Part shown: piece by piece, positions 59,551 through 64,000 of the stretch
Numbering within the stretch: position 1 is the first letter of the stretch
Layout of the letters: each line of letters opens with the position of its first letter
Origin: Nitrosopumilus sp.
GTDB lineage: Archaea; Thermoproteota; Nitrososphaeria; Nitrososphaerales; Nitrosopumilaceae
Direction of reading: 5' to 3'
Length of the DNA stretch: 64,000 nucleotides
Assembly (NCBI GenBank): GCA_028351415.1
Contig: JAOMJV010000001.1
Location: forward strand, 40,898-104,897
Notes under the pieces: generated by a model
The model's database searches: none
What the model was told of the DNA's origin: nothing
What the model saw: only the letters and a program-made list of their open reading frames with translations
Made by a program: the position numbers and the translations under genes

Positions 59551-61215
59551 ATGGCACTAATTCAGATTTCTAATCAATCAAGCAAAAATTTAAGTAAAAA
59601 ATCTACTATCCGATTTACTCAAAGTATCTGTCCTGACTGTAACATGATTTTAGATGCTGAAGTGTTTGAGCGAGATAGTCAAGTTTTCATGTCAAAAGTT
59701 TGTCCAACTCACGGTGAATGTGAAGAATTATACTTTGGTTCTTATGAAATGTACAAGAAATTTAGTACTTACTGGATGGATGGCAAAGGTGCACATTCTC
59801 CAAATGTAATGATTGACAAATGTTCTTGTCCAAATAACTGTGGTTTATGTTCAAATCACTTATCTCACAGTGGATTAGCAAACATGATTGTAACTAATAG
59901 ATGTGATTTAACCTGCTGGTACTGTTTCTTTTATGTTAAGAAAGGTCTCGAAGGGGCTTACATGTATGAACCAGATCATACTCAAGTTAGAGGTATGATG
60001 AAAACTCTAAGAGCAGAAAGACCAATTCCAGGAAACTCTATGCAGATTACTGGTGGTGAGCCAATGCTTAGAGATGATATTTCTGATGTTATTAAAATAA
60101 TGAAAGAAGAGGGTGTTGAGCATATTCAAATGAATACCAATGGTATTAGACATGCAATGGATCCAGAGGCAGCAAGAGAAGTAAGACTTGCTGGATGTAA
60201 CAACTTGTATCTTTCCTTTGACGGTGTAACTGCACGAACAAATCCTAAAAACCACTGGGAAATTCCATATGCTCTTGATAGTTGTAGAAAAACAGGCACT
60301 ACTGTAGTATTTGTCCCAACTGTAATCAAATCAATTAACGATCATGAATTAGGTGGAATTATTCGATATGCACAAAAGAATATGGATATAGTTCACGCTG
60401 TTAACTTCCAACCTGTATCATTAACTGGAAGAATGGGAAAAACCGAACGTGAGAAATACAGAATTACAGTTCCTGATTGTGTTCAAAGAATTGAAGAACA
60501 AACAAACGGTGAAGTAACTGTTGATGATTGGTTCCCAGTCCCAAGTTGCATGCCATTAACAAATGTAATTGAAGCATTCTCAAGTAAACCAAAATATGAA
60601 TTATCTATTCACTTTGCATGTGGTGCAGGAACATACATCTTTGAAGATGCAGATACAAAGAAATTCGTTCCATTAACTAAATTCTGTGATATTCAAGGAA
60701 TGTTAGAACTCTTTGAAGATAAAGCAGAAGAAATTCGTTCTGGTAAAAATAAATACTTTACAATGCTCGAAGTTGTAAGAAAATTAAAAGGATTTGTAGA
60801 TTCTAAAAAACAACCAGCAGGATTAGATTTAGCAAAAATGTTTGGTAATATTCTCATGAAGAGATCATTTGATTCAGTTGGTTCATGGCACGTCAAAGGA
60901 TTATTCCTTGGTATGATGCACTTCCAAGATAAATACAATGAAGATTTAGAAAGATTACAAAGATGTGATATTCACTATGTTACTCCAGACCTTAGAATAG
61001 TCCCATTCTGTGCATTCAATGTAATTCCAGAATGGTACAGAGACAGAATCCAAAAGAAATACTCTATCACTGTTGAGGAATGGGAAGAACGTGAAGGTGT
61101 AAAACTTGAAGATGGTCTATACAGAGGACTCATGAGACGCGGTGCAGGCGATGAACTTGCTGCTGGCTGTGCAAAGAGTGAGATGTTCCATGCTGCTGAA
61201 CAAGCAACAATGTAA
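59551..61215 (+). CDS. tes: Radical SAM tetraether lipid synthase (Tes/GDGT-MAS, MJ0619 family)
   Basis: SICPDC...CPTHG N-terminal metal site, CPNNCGLC, CDLTCWYC, HFACG, RCDIHY..PFCAFN. Confidence 0.9.
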   Translation: MALIQISNQSSKNLSKKSTIRFTQSICPDCNMILDAEVFERDSQVFMSKVCPTHGECEELYFGSYEMYKKFSTYWMDGKGAHSPNVMIDKCSCPNNCGLCSNHLSHSGLANMIVTNRCDLTCWYCFFYVKKGLEGAYMYEPDHTQVRGMMKTLRAERPIPGNSMQITGGEPMLRDDISDVIKIMKEEGVEHIQMNTNGIRHAMDPEAAREVRLAGCNNLYLSFDGVTARTNPKNHWEIPYALDSCRKTGTTVVFVPTVIKSINDHELGGIIRYAQKNMDIVHAVNFQPVSLTGRMGKTEREKYRITVPDCVQRIEEQTNGEVTVDDWFPVPSCMPLTNVIEAFSSKPKYELSIHFACGAGTYIFEDADTKKFVPLTKFCDIQGMLELFEDKAEEIRSGKNKYFTMLEVVRKLKGFVDSKKQPAGLDLAKMFGNILMKRSFDSVGSWHVKGLFLGMMHFQDKYNEDLERLQRCDIHYVTPDLRIVPFCAFNVIPEWYRDRIQKKYSITVEEWEEREGVKLEDGLYRGLMRRGAGDELAAGCAKSEMFHAAEQATM

Positions 61216-61284
61216 AACTGATTTTTACAATAAATTATATCTTATTTTAAAAGAGTAATACTAGCTCTAAGTGAGACTGATTTA

Positions 61285-63513
61285 ATGATAATAGAATCTC
61301 AATTATTCAAAATTGGCAATTTTAATTTCAAATTAAATCATCTTTTAATAATTGGAATATTGATTTTATCATTTTCAATATCCCTTACTCTTCGTTCACA
61401 AATTCTAGATTATGGAACAGAACTACATGAATTTGATCCATTCTTTAATTTTCGTGCAACAGAATTTCTTGTAAATAATGGTCTTTTGGAATATCTTGAT
61501 TGGCATGATGTGTTAAGTTGGTATCCTAATGGACGAGATATTTCAGCAACTTCACAAACAATGTTACATGTAACTGCAGCAACAACATATCAAATTTTTG
61601 CTGATAACATAGATCTATATGATTTTACAATTTTATTTCCTGGAATAGTTGGTGCTTTAACCACTATCATAATTTTTGCACTTGTTAGAGTAGTAGGTGG
61701 AACTACAGCGGGATTACTTGGATCTTTGCTTTTTGCAATATCTGCACCAATTATCATAAGAGGATCTATGGGCTGGTTCAAATCTGAACCTTTGGGATTA
61801 TTTTATGGTCTATTTGGATTATATTTATTTTTAAGTGGAATTAAATCTCATAATAAAAAAATTTCAATTTTTAAATTAATTGGAGGTGGAGTTTTTCTAG
61901 CATTTGGTCTTGCATCCTGGGGAGGAATTCAATTTTTTATAATTCCAATTGGGATATTCATCTTTACTCTTCCCTTTCTTCGAAAAGATTTTAGATTTTT
62001 AATTTGGAGTGTTCCTGTATTTGTTATTTCATTATTACTAACTACGGCAATTTTTGAGAGACCTGGTATGGGATTTGTATTGGGCATGGGTGGTTTTTCT
62101 TTAATTATACCTGTAATTTTTTTGATTATTTGTTCATTTATTCAAAAATTTAATAATTCTAAAAATCAAACTCGAAATTATCTAATTTTATTGGCAGCTA
62201 TAATCATAATTAGTTCATTTGTAATTATAATCAATTCAGAAAATCATTTTTTACCATCACCAAGTTTTCGTTATCTAAATGCAATAAACCCATTTTTAAC
62301 AACTACTGATCCATTGGTTGATTCAGTTGCTGAGCATTCAACAGCAACAATTCATGAGTCGTTTTTCATGCATTCTATATTGATGATTTTTGCAGGTTTA
62401 GGAGCTTGGATAATTTTTAACAAACTAAAATCAGAATACTTTCCAACTTTTCCAAAACATTTGATAACATTTTGGATAATTTTTAACAAACTAAAATCAG
62501 AACCATCTAAAGATTTTCCAAGAGATTTAATGGTATTTACACTAATTTTAGGCTTAACCGGAGTTTATGTTGGTTCTGCATTTGTAAGATTGGAATTATT
62601 CACATCAATATCTTTGATATTTTTATCTTCAATTGGATTATCAATAATTACAAAAGACATTCTTAGCTACAAAAAACAATTACAACCAACTAGAAACAAG
62701 ATCATTAAAATTTCTTATGTGGGAGGAATTTTAATTCTAATGATTATTCCATTAGTATTTCCTGCATCAAACTGGGTTTCAATACTAGATGAACCTGCAT
62801 CAATTCTAAATGGTGCAACTATGTATGACGTAAGTACAAATGATTGGAAAGAATCTTTAGAATGGATTAAACTAAACACCTCATCTGACTCTATAGTTTT
62901 ATCGTGGTGGGACTATGGATATTGGATTACTACCGTATCTGAAAGAACCACACTTGTAGATAATGCAACAATAGATTCAAAACAGATTCAGAAAGTTGCA
63001 AACATACTTCTTAGCTCTCCTGATGATGCATGGAGCATGCTTCAAGAAACAGGTAGTGATTATGTAATGATATTTGTCGCTGGACAGAAATTCCAATCTA
63101 CTGATGAAACTTTATTGTATCTACTTGAGGGCGGTGGAGATGAATCAAAAAAAATGTGGTTTATGAAAATAGCAGGAGTACCGGTTGAAAAATATCTTCA
63201 TTCTGATGGAATTAGTGGAACTGATTATTTTTGGAATGAAACTCTATTGGGTAAAATGATACCATTTTCTTTAGTTGCATATACTCATCCACCTAGTAAT
63301 CTAGTCTCTTTAACATATGTTCCAGGATTTACTGGAATTTATACAAATGATATAAAATTTTCTAAAGATAGTGATGGTCCATTACAATTAGTTTATGCAT
63401 CTTCATCATTTATTGAACAAAAACCTGGAACAATGATTGGTATTTTTGTTTATGAAGTTAATAAAAATTATATTTCATCACAAAATTTATCTAATTCAAA
63501 AATTTCTGAATGA
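61285..63513 (+). CDS. aglB: Oligosaccharyltransferase AglB (STT3)
   Basis: EFDPFFN, SVAEH, SWWDYGYWI, DNAT, DESK; multiple TM helices. Confidence 0.95.
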   Translation: MIIESQLFKIGNFNFKLNHLLIIGILILSFSISLTLRSQILDYGTELHEFDPFFNFRATEFLVNNGLLEYLDWHDVLSWYPNGRDISATSQTMLHVTAATTYQIFADNIDLYDFTILFPGIVGALTTIIIFALVRVVGGTTAGLLGSLLFAISAPIIIRGSMGWFKSEPLGLFYGLFGLYLFLSGIKSHNKKISIFKLIGGGVFLAFGLASWGGIQFFIIPIGIFIFTLPFLRKDFRFLIWSVPVFVISLLLTTAIFERPGMGFVLGMGGFSLIIPVIFLIICSFIQKFNNSKNQTRNYLILLAAIIIISSFVIIINSENHFLPSPSFRYLNAINPFLTTTDPLVDSVAEHSTATIHESFFMHSILMIFAGLGAWIIFNKLKSEYFPTFPKHLITFWIIFNKLKSEPSKDFPRDLMVFTLILGLTGVYVGSAFVRLELFTSISLIFLSSIGLSIITKDILSYKKQLQPTRNKIIKISYVGGILILMIIPLVFPASNWVSILDEPASILNGATMYDVSTNDWKESLEWIKLNTSSDSIVLSWWDYGYWITTVSERTTLVDNATIDSKQIQKVANILLSSPDDAWSMLQETGSDYVMIFVAGQKFQSTDETLLYLLEGGGDESKKMWFMKIAGVPVEKYLHSDGISGTDYFWNETLLGKMIPFSLVAYTHPPSNLVSLTYVPGFTGIYTNDIKFSKDSDGPLQLVYASSSFIEQKPGTMIGIFVYEVNKNYISSQNLSNSKISE
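62406..62537 (+). repeat. 66-bp-period in-frame duplication in aglB (31 bp exact)
   Basis: ttggataatttttaacaaactaaaatcagaa at 62406-62436 and 62472-62502; the following 35 bp are diverged. Confidence 0.93.
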
Positions 63514-63522
63514 TTTTTATTT

Positions 63523-64000
63523 TTATCTAATTCTCAATTTTTCAAATAATTGTTTTGGATTATTTATGATATCTTTCCATGAATATTTTAGATTTTTTTT
63601 ACAATGTTCACGAATTTTTTTGTCATAACGACTATTGTAATTTAAAAAAAATCCTAATGAAAATACCAAACCATTACACATTCCAAATTTTTTTGCTATA
63701 GTCAAACCTCTTCCAATTCCATAAAATGAAGTGTACCCTAAAGCTTTGTAAGAAAAACCCATATGATAAAATTTTTTCATATTATAATTTTCTCCAGTTG
63801 GTCTTTGTGTTTTTGTTATAATTGGATAAACTAATGTTTTCATGCCTTCTGATTGTATTTTAAATAAAGCATAAGTTTCATAACCCCAATTTGATTGATA
63901 TTTCCATTTTATACAGTCCATGGCTTTTTTTGTAAAAATTCTCCCTGAACCTCTAGGTGATGTTGTAATTTCATTCTCTATAATTCCTGATGCCATATCT
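63523..64000 (-). CDS. C-terminal part of a probable glycosyltransferase (truncated by window edge)
   Basis: PRGSGR...WGYETY...QRPTG...G..YKALGY pattern; adjacent to aglB. Confidence 0.5.
   Translation of the reverse strand, partial: DMASGIIENEITTSPRGSGRIFTKKAMDCIKWKYQSNWGYETYALFKIQSEGMKTLVYPIITKTQRPTGENYNMKKFYHMGFSYKALGYTSFYGIGRGLTIAKKFGMCNGLVFSLGFFLNYNSRYDKKIREHCKKNLKYSWKDIINNPKQLFEKLRIR

Overview
AT-rich archaeal chromosomal window from a marine ammonia-oxidising thaumarchaeote (Nitrosopumilaceae-like). The taxon is inferred from gene content: cobalamin genes, Tes, GatDE, aCPSF1, SepF, bacterial-type MetK and many TTG/GTG starts. Most of the window is core genome: cobalamin synthesis (cbiH, bluB, cobO, cbiA, cbiC, cbiX, cbiG, cbiD), translation and RNA genes, grpE-dnaK-dnaJ, gatDE, cdc48, tes and aglB. 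RNA genes missing from the ORF track are tRNA-Arg(CCT) with a D-loop intron, tRNA-Val(GAC), tRNA-Gln(TTG), SRP RNA and a C/D box guide sRNA predicted to direct Cm34 in tRNA-Leu(CAA). Five small Cys/His-rich ORFs below the track cutoff were also found, including Nop10 and a metallothionein-like peptide. Two accessory spots stand out. (1) A ~1.1-kb island at 1905-3007 is bounded by CTCACGACTAA direct repeats. It holds a broken gene with an IS91/rolling-circle-type Zn motif and a cargo gene flanked by two 61-bp direct repeats, making it a candidate rolling-circle gene-capture element. (2) An insert inside the B12 cluster at 26484-28529 carries an Fe-S (6-4)-type photolyase and a ~115-nt, almost fully base-paired intergenic element. 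All calls come from reading the sequence by eye; no searches were run.
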